NCBI GenBank assembly: GCA_965214095.1
Contig: OZ243938.1
Span: forward strand, 224,001-288,000
Direction of reading: 5' to 3'
DNA: 64,000 nt
Origin: Candidatus Poribacteria bacterium
Lineage (GTDB): Bacteria > Poribacteria > WGA-4E > WGA-3G
The translations under genes were made by a program, and so were the position numbers. This document shows, in pieces, positions 29,473-38,516 of the stretch (position 1 is the stretch's first letter; each line of letters begins with the position of its first letter). The notes below the pieces were generated by a model that saw only the letters and a program-made list of their open reading frames with translations, did no database searches and was not told where the DNA came from.

Positions 29473-29587
29473 AGATGTGTCTCCTAATCATTCTATTCTG
29501 GACGTACATATAAATAATAATTAGCGGTAGGTGTAAACAAACTCACTGCTACCGCTAATTCTTTTTTATTAGAAATCAAAAATCGTT

Positions 29588-30625
29588 CTACAATTGCTCC
29601 CTGAGAGAATCAAATATATTATCAGGCGGATCAAAAGGTAAATCTATCATATTCTTCGTAATACCACTTTGATAAATACCTAAGAGTAGATTGAATTCTG
29701 CAAGTGATTGTTTGAGATGTGTTGGATGTACATTCTTCTCATCATCAAGCCAATCAAAGACGGCTTCAGTAAGGTTGCCTTGTGCCTCAACATCTTGTTC
29801 ACCATAGTTGAGAGGACCACCCTCATATCCACCATCGTGTGTTGAACGTTCCCAACTACTAAAACGCCAATGCACAAACCCTTCTGTGCCGACTACAAAA
29901 ACACGTTTATGACAATAAATTCCCTGATTATCAGATGCCATAGTACCCATTCCTTGTCCAAATGCGACAGAAACGTGTAATCCATTTTCATATAAAACCT
30001 GTGCGGCAGCGTGCATTGGAGAAGGTTGAGCAGAATCTAAATGATCTCTCCCTGCGATTTGACCTAAGACACGCGTCGGACGAGAATTATCAATATATGA
30101 TGATACTAACTGTAACACATGTGGACCTTGATCTACAGGAGTGCTTCGTGCACTTGCATCTATAAACTTAATGTCTCCAATCTTACCATCTGCAACATCG
30201 CGTTTTAGTTCAAGGTTCTTGGGATGAAAGTTGAGTTGTGTGTTGACGACAAACTTTGTATTCGTTTCTTCTGCCAATCCAGCGATCTGCTTCCAATCAT
30301 CGCTTTCAACAGCAATCGGTTTCTCTACAATTGCTGCCGGCACTCCGTGGTCAGAAGCTTGCTTCATCAGAGAGTATCGTATTCTTTCATTTGAACCGCG
30401 TAAAACGGGTGCGGTGACAATGTGTAGTAGATCCGGTTTCTCTTTATTGAGCATTTCATCCAAATCCGTGTATCTTGAAGAGATTTCAAATCTATCACCG
30501 TAGGCATTGAGTCGTTCCTCGTTCATATCACAGACGGCTGCAAGTTTTCCATTCTTAACAAAGCGATAGGCACTTGCGTGACCACCTGCACGTCCGCCGC
30601 ACCCTAACATCGCACTTTTATACAT
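29588..30625 (-). CDS. Gfo/Idh/MocA family oxidoreductase, array copy 1
   Basis: 345-aa paralogue; AAGGAG SD. Confidence 0.9.
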   Translation of the reverse strand: MYKSAMLGCGGRAGGHASAYRFVKNGKLAAVCDMNEERLNAYGDRFEISSRYTDLDEMLNKEKPDLLHIVTAPVLRGSNERIRYSLMKQASDHGVPAAIVEKPIAVESDDWKQIAGLAEETNTKFVVNTQLNFHPKNLELKRDVADGKIGDIKFIDASARSTPVDQGPHVLQLVSSYIDNSRPTRVLGQIAGRDHLDSAQPSPMHAAAQVLYENGLHVSVAFGQGMGTMASDNQGIYCHKRVFVVGTEGFVHWRFSSWERSTHDGGYEGGPLNYGEQDVEAQGNLTEAVFDWLDDEKNVHPTHLKQSLAEFNLLLGIYQSGITKNMIDLPFDPPDNIFDSLREQL

Positions 30626-30688
30626 ATAATGTCTCCTTAGTTAGTCTATGTGAATATTGGAATAGATTATCAGATAGAGGTGATTTTG

Positions 30689-31729
30689 TCAAATGTAAAC
30701 TTTCTCGCCACTCTTGGCACTATCGTAAAGAGCATCCAGTATCTGCATAAAAGTAAATGCATTAGAAGCGTTCACATCAGGAGCGACTTCACCCGCTATT
30801 GCCATAGCAAAATGATTGAGTTCATAGAAGAAAACAGGAACATTTTCGGGAAGTTCACCGTGGTCAATTTCTATATGTTCTTCAATCGACTCTCGGCTAA
30901 ATTCTCCATCTTTAAAACGCGAGATACCGCCGCTTGTAATTGCCCCTGTTGTACCGTAGAGTTCCACAACACTCCCAGAATCAGAATGGCTCATGCGGGA
31001 ACAGTCTATCTGAATTGTTTTGCCATCTTCACATCCGAGAATACCTGTGAAATAGTCTTCAGATGCACCTTCTGGACCTTCATATTGTGGGTACAACACA
31101 TGCTTTGAAGCGAATGCCCACATCGGTTTTGGACATCCCATCCACCACCACGTCAGATTAAGTTCGTGTGAATAGTGCTGACCTAATGAACCGCCCTTTT
31201 GACCGTAAACATGTAGCCATCTATTGTTCTCGTCAAGAGGAGGAATAAAGTTGAATTTTCCAAACACACGTGCATGGTATGGCGTTCCAATGGCACCGTT
31301 TTGAATTGCAGTACGAATCTGGCGATTATGTGGAAAGTGCCGCATAAAGTAACAGAATTGGAGTGTCATACCAGACTTCTCTGCTGCTGATTCCATTTCT
31401 AATATTTCTTGCGCACGGATAGCATGTGGTTTTTGGACTAAGACATGTTTACCTGAGTCTAAAGTATCCAAGACTTGTTGAAGTCTGACATCTGGAGATG
31501 TAGCAAGATAAACTGCATCAATAACTGGATTGTCAAGAAGTTCACGATAGTCATTGTAACGGTGTGGAACTGCATTGTCATCACCTGCTTGTTTTAGTCT
31601 ATTTGGATCGCGATCTGCGATTGCACTGACGTTGAGTCGTGATGTTGCATTTGCAGATTCTATCGCTCTACAACCTGCCCATCCACATCCTACAACTCCA
31701 AGCTGGATTGTATCATTGTTCATAAACAT
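30689..31729 (-). CDS. Gfo/Idh/MocA family oxidoreductase (unrelated to the array paralogues)
   Basis: LGVVGCGWAG, KHVLVQKP. Likely start ~31729/31723. Confidence 0.85.
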   Translation of the reverse strand: MFMNNDTIQLGVVGCGWAGCRAIESANATSRLNVSAIADRDPNRLKQAGDDNAVPHRYNDYRELLDNPVIDAVYLATSPDVRLQQVLDTLDSGKHVLVQKPHAIRAQEILEMESAAEKSGMTLQFCYFMRHFPHNRQIRTAIQNGAIGTPYHARVFGKFNFIPPLDENNRWLHVYGQKGGSLGQHYSHELNLTWWWMGCPKPMWAFASKHVLYPQYEGPEGASEDYFTGILGCEDGKTIQIDCSRMSHSDSGSVVELYGTTGAITSGGISRFKDGEFSRESIEEHIEIDHGELPENVPVFFYELNHFAMAIAGEVAPDVNASNAFTFMQILDALYDSAKSGEKVYI

Positions 31730-31751
31730 ATCTCCACATTCACCCATGATA

Positions 31752-32942
31752 TTACGGTTCAACAACCTTGTAATGTTCAACTTCCCCATTTTGGATTGTC
31801 TGAATTGCAAGACTTTTTACCGGATGTCGATTTTCATCATAATGGGATATAGATGTCGCACCTTTGTAATTTTGGACTGCTGCATAAGCATCACGAACAG
31901 TAACCGGATCAAGTGAACCTGCAGTCTCAATCGCACGGGCTAAGAGACGCATAGCATCATAACCGGAGGCTGCAATGCCATCAGGTGGACTTTCATACAA
32001 AGCCATATAATCTTGGACAAATTCCTGCACATCTTCATCCTGAGTAGCAACAGAAAAATTGGTCGGATAATAACTACCATCCAAAACCATATTATCCTCT
32101 AAAATACCGAGGAATCGTTCTCTGTCATCCCAAGCACTACCACCGAGAAATGTGGCGTTGAGTCCGAGTTGACTCGCCTCATTAATCAACTTTGGCACTT
32201 CTGGTTGGGAACCTGGACAAAAGATGACATCTGGCATTTCACTTTGTATATCAGCAAGTAGTTCAGTAAACGAAGTTTCATCTGTTGCATAAGAACCGCT
32301 GTGAACGATTTGTCCACCAATTTCCGCAAATGCTGCCTCGAAGGCTTGAACGAGATCAATAGAATAATTGTCACCTTCTTCATAGATTGTTGCTGCAGTT
32401 TGTGCACCAATTTCTTCAGAATTTATAGCAAAACTTGCCATGACTTTCCCTTGAAATGGATTAGGTACAGTGATTAAAAAGACATAATCACCCGTTTCTG
32501 GTACACTTGAACCACTGGATCCGGGCAACATGAGTCTTTGAGTTTGCTGTGCTATTGGACCTACTTCTACAGCCATCGTTGAGCGGACAGGTCCGAGAAG
32601 TGCAAATACGTTCTCCATTTCAATCAGTTCTTTTGCGGCATTGATGCTTGATTCCGATGTTGGCTCTTCTCCTGCTACAGGTTGATTATTTCGTGATATG
32701 AATTCGACCTGCATACCTAATACGCCGCCATTTTCATTAATCTGGATACGAGCAGTTTCCGCACCTTGACTAAATGTGGTATAACTATGAGCAGGCTGGA
32801 TGACTCCAATTTTTACGGGGGTTTCCATCGTAGGAGTGGTATTGTCTGAGATTACTTTATTAACTCTTTCACATCCAAATAATGCTACACTTAGCACTGC
32901 CAATAGTATGACCAAAATCAAGTTTTTCTTTATTGTATTCAT
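31752..32942 (-). CDS. Branched-chain amino acid ABC-type substrate-binding lipoprotein (LivJ/K-like), orphan
   Basis: Lipobox LFGC; INENGGVLG, AASGYDA, YKGAT. No permease or ATPase adjacent. Confidence 0.85.
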   Translation of the reverse strand: MNTIKKNLILVILLAVLSVALFGCERVNKVISDNTTPTMETPVKIGVIQPAHSYTTFSQGAETARIQINENGGVLGMQVEFISRNNQPVAGEEPTSESSINAAKELIEMENVFALLGPVRSTMAVEVGPIAQQTQRLMLPGSSGSSVPETGDYVFLITVPNPFQGKVMASFAINSEEIGAQTAATIYEEGDNYSIDLVQAFEAAFAEIGGQIVHSGSYATDETSFTELLADIQSEMPDVIFCPGSQPEVPKLINEASQLGLNATFLGGSAWDDRERFLGILEDNMVLDGSYYPTNFSVATQDEDVQEFVQDYMALYESPPDGIAASGYDAMRLLARAIETAGSLDPVTVRDAYAAVQNYKGATSISHYDENRHPVKSLAIQTIQNGEVEHYKVVEP

Positions 32943-33183
32943 TTTGCAAAAATCCTTTCTGGGTAAAATGCTTGAAAAAAAGTGAGGTTAATGCTAACGT
33001 TTGAACAGAGTTATTTCTATCTGTAAACAATATCAGATTCCACTGAACTTGTCAAGAACTTGAAAGCACGTAAACATATTGTCATCACACTGTTAATTGT
33101 GTCAATAGACCTATTCTGCAATATATAACATTTTAAAAGCATATCACTACTCCACACATTTATGGCAATAAAGGAGTTTATCT

Positions 33184-34242
33184 ATGGAACTCGGTTTTTT
33201 CACAATGCCACTACATCCACCTGGAAGCAATACCACAAAGACATTGGACGATGACCTTGAACAGATGGTGACCTTAGATAGATTGGGTTATAGCGAGGCT
33301 TATGTAGGAGAACATTTTACGTTTACTTGGGAAAATATTCCATCGCCTGATCTCTTCATTGCAAAAGCACTTGCTATGACAGAGAATATTATATTTGGCA
33401 CGGGTATAACGTGTATGCCGATTCATAATCCTGCAGTTGTTGCACACCGAATTGCCCAGTTGGACCACATGGCACACGGACGTTTCCATTGGGGTGTTGG
33501 CTCAAGTTCAACGCCAAGCGATGCAGAAATGTTCATGGCATCTGCAGATAGACGGAAAGCGACACGCGAAGGTATTGATGCTGTTTTGAAACTATGGACA
33601 GATCCGGAACCGGGTCATTATAAAACCGATTCGTTTGAGTTTAAAATTCCTGGTGGACATCCAGATATTGTAAGTATTCACATGAAGCCGTATCAGAAAC
33701 CACATCCACCTATTGCATTGGCAGGTTCTTCAACCAAGTCGGACACGTTAATATTTGCTGGTGAACGTGGATGGATTCCTATGAGTATCAATCTTGCGCC
33801 AGTATCCGTGATTAAGACGCATTGGGATGCGGTAGAAGAAGGTGCTGCAAAGACTGGTCTGACTCCATCTCGGTCAACGTGGCGAATCGCACGTGAAGTT
33901 TATGTTGCTGATACGAATGAGCAAGCGAGAAAAGAGGCGATAGAAGGCACTCTCGGACGTGATTTTCGTGATTATTGGTTTCGACTTTGGGGTTGGGAGA
34001 AATTCAAAATGAAACCGGATATTCCCGACGTAGAATCATGTTTAGAAGGTCTGTTGGATACTTTGTGGATTGTTGGGAGTCCTGACCATGTTGCTAATCG
34101 TTTGCGTCAACTTTATGATGATGTCGGTGGATTTGGTGTATTGTTGGCGATGGGACACGAATGGGAACCAAGAGAGCAATGGGTGCATTCTATGGAACTG
34201 CTTAAGAATGAAGTCATGCCGCAACTTACTGATTTAGAATAA
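33184..34242 (+). CDS. LLM-class (luciferase-like) flavin-dependent monooxygenase
   Basis: GFFTMPLHPP, GYSEAYVGEH, RIAQLDHMAHGR, KPYQKPHPPI, IVGSPD. Confidence 0.9.
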   Translation: MELGFFTMPLHPPGSNTTKTLDDDLEQMVTLDRLGYSEAYVGEHFTFTWENIPSPDLFIAKALAMTENIIFGTGITCMPIHNPAVVAHRIAQLDHMAHGRFHWGVGSSSTPSDAEMFMASADRRKATREGIDAVLKLWTDPEPGHYKTDSFEFKIPGGHPDIVSIHMKPYQKPHPPIALAGSSTKSDTLIFAGERGWIPMSINLAPVSVIKTHWDAVEEGAAKTGLTPSRSTWRIAREVYVADTNEQARKEAIEGTLGRDFRDYWFRLWGWEKFKMKPDIPDVESCLEGLLDTLWIVGSPDHVANRLRQLYDDVGGFGVLLAMGHEWEPREQWVHSMELLKNEVMPQLTDLE

Positions 34243-34280
34243 TACCAACTCTGAAAGTTAAAGTTGCATTAGGAATTTCA

Positions 34281-35045
34281 TTAATCGTCAAAAAACATTT
34301 CTAACTTAGCCCGTGCGTTTAAGACACCCTTTACAATCGGTTGGGGTGACTCCACCTTGAGTCCTAAATAAATCAACATAATCTCCCGCTCGTAACCTAT
34401 TCTTTGAATCTCCTTACAGATAGCATGAAAATCCATTTCTGGTGCCCAGAACGGCTCGCTTCCAGTCTCCGAATCGACACCGCAGTTGAAATAGACGTTA
34501 TTTAACCGTTCTGACAAAGTTCTTAGTGCAATCACAGGATCATCTCCTGCCAAATGAAAATGAAATGGACTGTAGTAAAATCCAAAATTATCTTCAGATA
34601 TTGCATCAAAGATTTGCTGTGTGCGTTCAAGGTTGAACGCGAGACTCCCTTCATGTGCATATAACGAGAGCATCAAATTACGAGATTTCGCTTCTATTGT
34701 GAGTGTTCTAAGCAGATCAATTATCTTATCAATCTCATTATCAGTGGCATCTTCCGTTCCACCACTTGCGACGCTAACTATTGGAACAGACAATCTTTTT
34801 GCAATGTCAAGAATAGAGATTTGAGATTCAAATCCATCGACCGCGTCAATCTTAACTGTACTCAGTAAAGATTTGAAATATAACCCAGTCTCTTCTTGGA
34901 GTGTACCGATTGTTTCTGCTTCAACATCTGAGAAATGGGTTTGTGAGAGTTCAATTGCAGATACACCGCCCTCGGATAATTCACCTACAAACTCTGTTAA
35001 TGGATATGGGGAGAATGGTAATGTGCTTGCACAGTAAGTTCTCAT
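34281..35045 (-). CDS. Divergent sugar phosphate isomerase/epimerase TIM-barrel protein
   Basis: G..AIEL, NFGFYYSPFHF, MDFHAI..IGY. Several metal-binding residues are atypical. Confidence 0.65.
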   Translation of the reverse strand: MRTYCASTLPFSPYPLTEFVGELSEGGVSAIELSQTHFSDVEAETIGTLQEETGLYFKSLLSTVKIDAVDGFESQISILDIAKRLSVPIVSVASGGTEDATDNEIDKIIDLLRTLTIEAKSRNLMLSLYAHEGSLAFNLERTQQIFDAISEDNFGFYYSPFHFHLAGDDPVIALRTLSERLNNVYFNCGVDSETGSEPFWAPEMDFHAICKEIQRIGYEREIMLIYLGLKVESPQPIVKGVLNARAKLEMFFDD

Positions 35046-35111
35046 AGTATATATCTGTTTTGATCTAACTTCAAATTGAGAATCATTAAAATTGAGTATT
35101 AGCGCGCTTAG

Positions 35112-35226
35112 ATGAAGATTAAGAAATAAATTGGGTAATTTCCTTGAGGTGTCCGGTGCGGTTAGGAAACCGCACCTACCGGGTTTGGGAAAATGAGAAT
35201 TACCCGTTTAATAAATTAATCTTCAT
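35112..35226. mobile_element. MITE-like element with nested IRs and a GTAG-REP core
   Basis: ATGAAGATTAA (35112-35122) / TTAATCTTCAT (35216-35226); GGGTAATT / AATTACCC; core CCGGTGCGGTTAGGAAACCGCACCTACC identical to 51133-51160. Confidence 0.7.
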
Positions 35227-35276
35227 GAAAGCAAGCCTGATTAATGTATCAAAGAATTTGTAAGGAGTATCTTAGT

Positions 35277-36053
35277 CTACTTACCCATTTCCTTGAGTGC
35301 TTTCAAACAACGTTCTACTGCTTCTAAAGGTGGAAATGCATCACTTTCATATTCCACAATATACCATTCTGTGCCACCGGTGGTTTCGCAGATATTAAAG
35401 ATTTCAGTCCAAGGAACACTGTCTTCTCCAATAATGGGACGAAAACCAGCGTGTCTCTCAGATTCATCATCTGAGATTGTATAAGGTTTGAGATGGACAG
35501 TGCCAGAACGTCCTGGATATCTTTCCAAAATGTCCACGAGATCAGCACCACCTGACATTGCATTTCCCATATCCAGCTGCATCACAACACCTTCATTTGT
35601 GTTTCCAAAGAAGGTATCCCATTGGACTTCACCATCCATCGGTGAAAATTCTACGTGATGGTTATGGTATCCAGTAACCATTCCGTGTGGTGCCAGCTTA
35701 TCTGCGAGGTCATTAAAAAAATCTGCTAATTTTAACCAATCCGCGCGGGATTGACGTAGTTCACCCGGTATTCCTGGAATAATGACATACCTATTCTCAA
35801 GTATTTTATTGAATTCAATCGTGTCTGCAAGTGAGTCTTCTTGTACAAGGTTGAATGGTGTATGCCATCCACAGCAGACTATTCCGAATTCGTCAAGGTA
35901 ACCTTTCAACTCCTCTGCAGGATGTTGTGGGGGACCAGCGAATTCTACACCTTCATATCCCATTTCTGCGACAGCTTTAATCGTGCCGCGTGCATCATCA
36001 GCTAACTCATTTCGGACTGAAAATAGTTCTAAACCAATTGGTACTCGTGCCAT
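35277..36053 (-). CDS. Sugar phosphate isomerase/epimerase
   Basis: GLELFSVR, GYEGVEFAG, GYHNH, QLDMG, VHLK, WYIVEYE. Confidence 0.9.
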   Translation of the reverse strand: MARVPIGLELFSVRNELADDARGTIKAVAEMGYEGVEFAGPPQHPAEELKGYLDEFGIVCCGWHTPFNLVQEDSLADTIEFNKILENRYVIIPGIPGELRQSRADWLKLADFFNDLADKLAPHGMVTGYHNHHVEFSPMDGEVQWDTFFGNTNEGVVMQLDMGNAMSGGADLVDILERYPGRSGTVHLKPYTISDDESERHAGFRPIIGEDSVPWTEIFNICETTGGTEWYIVEYESDAFPPLEAVERCLKALKEMGK

Positions 36054-36148
36054 AATGTTCCTTTCTTGTTATTGTAGAGATGTATTATCTCTGCTTATTT
36101 TTTATTGACTACTATAGAAAATGTACAAACCTTCACTTATTTTGTCAA

Positions 36149-37573
36149 TCATCGGGCATTGTAATTCGGTTCAAGAGGACAGATCTTGTGGTGCTGAATG
36201 AGTGCAATCCTTGCTAAACCGTGAATTAAAAACGCCGGACACAACTGTGATTCATACCAGTCAATTCCCGATGCACCGAACGGTAGGTTCTCTTTAAAAT
36301 ATACTTCTAATGCAGTTTCAGCAAGTTTGATCCCACCTTCTAACCAGATTGACTCTTCTGTGATGTCATATAGATCAGCAAAGAGTTCAAGTGCTAACCC
36401 TATATCAGTCACTGGAATCTTAAAACCTTCACTGAGAACACGTTCAACAGGGAATTCCTCATCAAGATATGTATTACCAACTGCCTGCGCATAATCCATC
36501 AATCTGTGATCATGTGTCAACCGCCATGCACAGAGAGAAAGCACGCCACTTCCACATGAAGTTCCAGCACCATAGACGCTACCCCACGCCAACATTCTCT
36601 CAACAACCTGATTTGTTTCACATTGGCATAAACTCACAAACTCGCGAGTCTCAAGATTATGTGGAGCTGCAAGAAAACCTTCAATATAAACTCTCCCGTA
36701 TTGGCACATCTTGCTTGCTAAATTTGGAAGGTAAGATTCTAACAAGGCCGCAGATTCAATAAGACTAATTCCTAATGAAAGCGTTTGCGTTGGGGCATTT
36801 ATATTGAAAAACCTTTCATTTTCTAATGGTGAACGGCTTTCAATACACAATAAACCTTGTTCGTCTCGTTTCTCCCACCAGTATTCTGTATACTTCTGTA
36901 TCTGTTGTAGAGTTTCAGAACGTTGATTCTTGGTATACGCGAATGCTAAATCAAAGATGTAGAAGCCAGAATGTCGGGGAAAATCACATGAACGACCTCC
37001 GCGGATAAGATGTTCCTTCTTGTCAATGTTCGCATGACGTATGTATTCAAGCTCATCACCCTCTGTCCAATGATAATCCAGACCATCAGCAAAACTTTGG
37101 ACACATGAGGCGTTGAATGTGTTCAGTTTTTCCCACATCCACAATGGTACCTTGCGAAGATGATCGTGAATCGCTGAACCACCATCAGGATTGCGCGAAC
37201 ATCCTACACGTTCTTCAATCAAATGCCAAAACGAATGTTCTCCCCATGGGAATAGACCGGTCTCTGTCTGTGTGCAATTCAGTGCAAAGTACTCAAAATA
37301 TCGATCCACTGCATCCTTATATATTGATTTCGATTCAGTTTCTGAAAGGACATTCATCGTGGCAAGTAATGGTTCATCATGTATTAGATTGCATCCCAAA
37401 TGTGCACGATCACCATTTCGTTGACCTGGAATCTTTGAAGGCTTATCCAAAAGCATTCGACCTGATTTTGCATTCAGTATTGATGGGAATAGTCCATTGT
37501 ATTCAATACTGCATTCTATTATCAGATCAATTGCATTACATGTTTTAGTGATGATGACATCTGGAGTTATCAC
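36149..37573 (-). CDS. Hypothetical alpha/alpha-barrel protein, distantly PL2 pectate-lyase-like
   Basis: NLIHDEPLL..Y..AVDRYF..TGLFPWGEH..HDHL resembles the PL2 GLLYWGGH..HELK region. No signal peptide. Confidence 0.5.
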   Translation of the reverse strand: MITPDVIITKTCNAIDLIIECSIEYNGLFPSILNAKSGRMLLDKPSKIPGQRNGDRAHLGCNLIHDEPLLATMNVLSETESKSIYKDAVDRYFEYFALNCTQTETGLFPWGEHSFWHLIEERVGCSRNPDGGSAIHDHLRKVPLWMWEKLNTFNASCVQSFADGLDYHWTEGDELEYIRHANIDKKEHLIRGGRSCDFPRHSGFYIFDLAFAYTKNQRSETLQQIQKYTEYWWEKRDEQGLLCIESRSPLENERFFNINAPTQTLSLGISLIESAALLESYLPNLASKMCQYGRVYIEGFLAAPHNLETREFVSLCQCETNQVVERMLAWGSVYGAGTSCGSGVLSLCAWRLTHDHRLMDYAQAVGNTYLDEEFPVERVLSEGFKIPVTDIGLALELFADLYDITEESIWLEGGIKLAETALEVYFKENLPFGASGIDWYESQLCPAFLIHGLARIALIQHHKICPLEPNYNAR

Positions 37574-37701
37574 AAAATTCCTCCATCTATGATGATTGAA
37601 AATATGGTATCATGTATCTAATTTATGGTCAAGTTATGATTATTTTTCAATGACTTCACGCAAAACCATTTACACCCTGAATATTTGATATGGAGATAGT
37701 T

Positions 37702-38502
37702 ATGTACATTGGTCTTATGGAGGGAACGATTCGACGTGACACACTTGGAGAAACATTGGATGCTACGGTTGAATATGGAATTTACCATTTACAATACCAT
37801 ATTAACCCCGCGATATCTGTCAATGATGTACGTCAAGAAATGGATGAACGACAGTTACAGATTGTGGCACTCTCGGGGACATATAATATGATTGATCCTG
37901 ATATTCAAAAACGTGACGCTGGATTGCAAATGTTACGTTATGTCGCTTCCCAATGTGAATCCCTTGGAACATCTGTGATTACACTCTGCACTGGTTCTCG
38001 GGATCCGCATAGTATGTGGCGGGCACATCCTGATAATAACTCTGAGTCTGCTTGGCAAGACCTTGTGCAGTCCATGCAAAAGGCATTGAAAATTGCTGAA
38101 GAATTCAGTGTGACATTGGCATTTGAACCTGAGATATCTAATGTGATTGACTCCGCACAAAAGGCACGTCGTTTACTGGATGAGATGAGTTCTCCGTACC
38201 TAAAAGTTGTTATGGATGGTGCCAACATATTTCATAAAGGTGAGTTACCAAAGATGCGCGAAATTCTAGACGAAGCATTCGCATTACTTGGTGATGACAT
38301 TGCACTTGCCCATGCTAAGGACTTAGACCGAGATGGTCATGCAGGTAATCTTGCTGCAGGTACTGGTCTACTGGATTTCAATCAATATATCGGTTTGTTA
38401 AATGAAGTTGGTTATGACGGTGCTGTCGTGTTACACGGTTTGTCTGAAGAACAAGTCCCATTTTGTGTTAACTTCCTACAAGGGAAAATTGATGCGTTGT
38501 AA
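37702..38502 (+). CDS. Sugar phosphate isomerase/epimerase
   Basis: LSGTYNM, ITLCTGS, LAFEPE, VVMDGAN, LAHAKD. Start ATG 37702 after GGAG. Confidence 0.85.
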   Translation: MYIGLMEGTIRRDTLGETLDATVEYGIYHLQYHINPAISVNDVRQEMDERQLQIVALSGTYNMIDPDIQKRDAGLQMLRYVASQCESLGTSVITLCTGSRDPHSMWRAHPDNNSESAWQDLVQSMQKALKIAEEFSVTLAFEPEISNVIDSAQKARRLLDEMSSPYLKVVMDGANIFHKGELPKMREILDEAFALLGDDIALAHAKDLDRDGHAGNLAAGTGLLDFNQYIGLLNEVGYDGAVVLHGLSEEQVPFCVNFLQGKIDAL

Positions 38503-38516
38503 TAGGTGGACTATTA

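Noticed and set aside
23970-30625. Oxidoreductase array as a diversity-generating retroelement or CRISPR-like array
   Set aside because: No reverse transcriptase or template repeat. The variation is not adenine-specific and includes an indel, and the units are whole genes.
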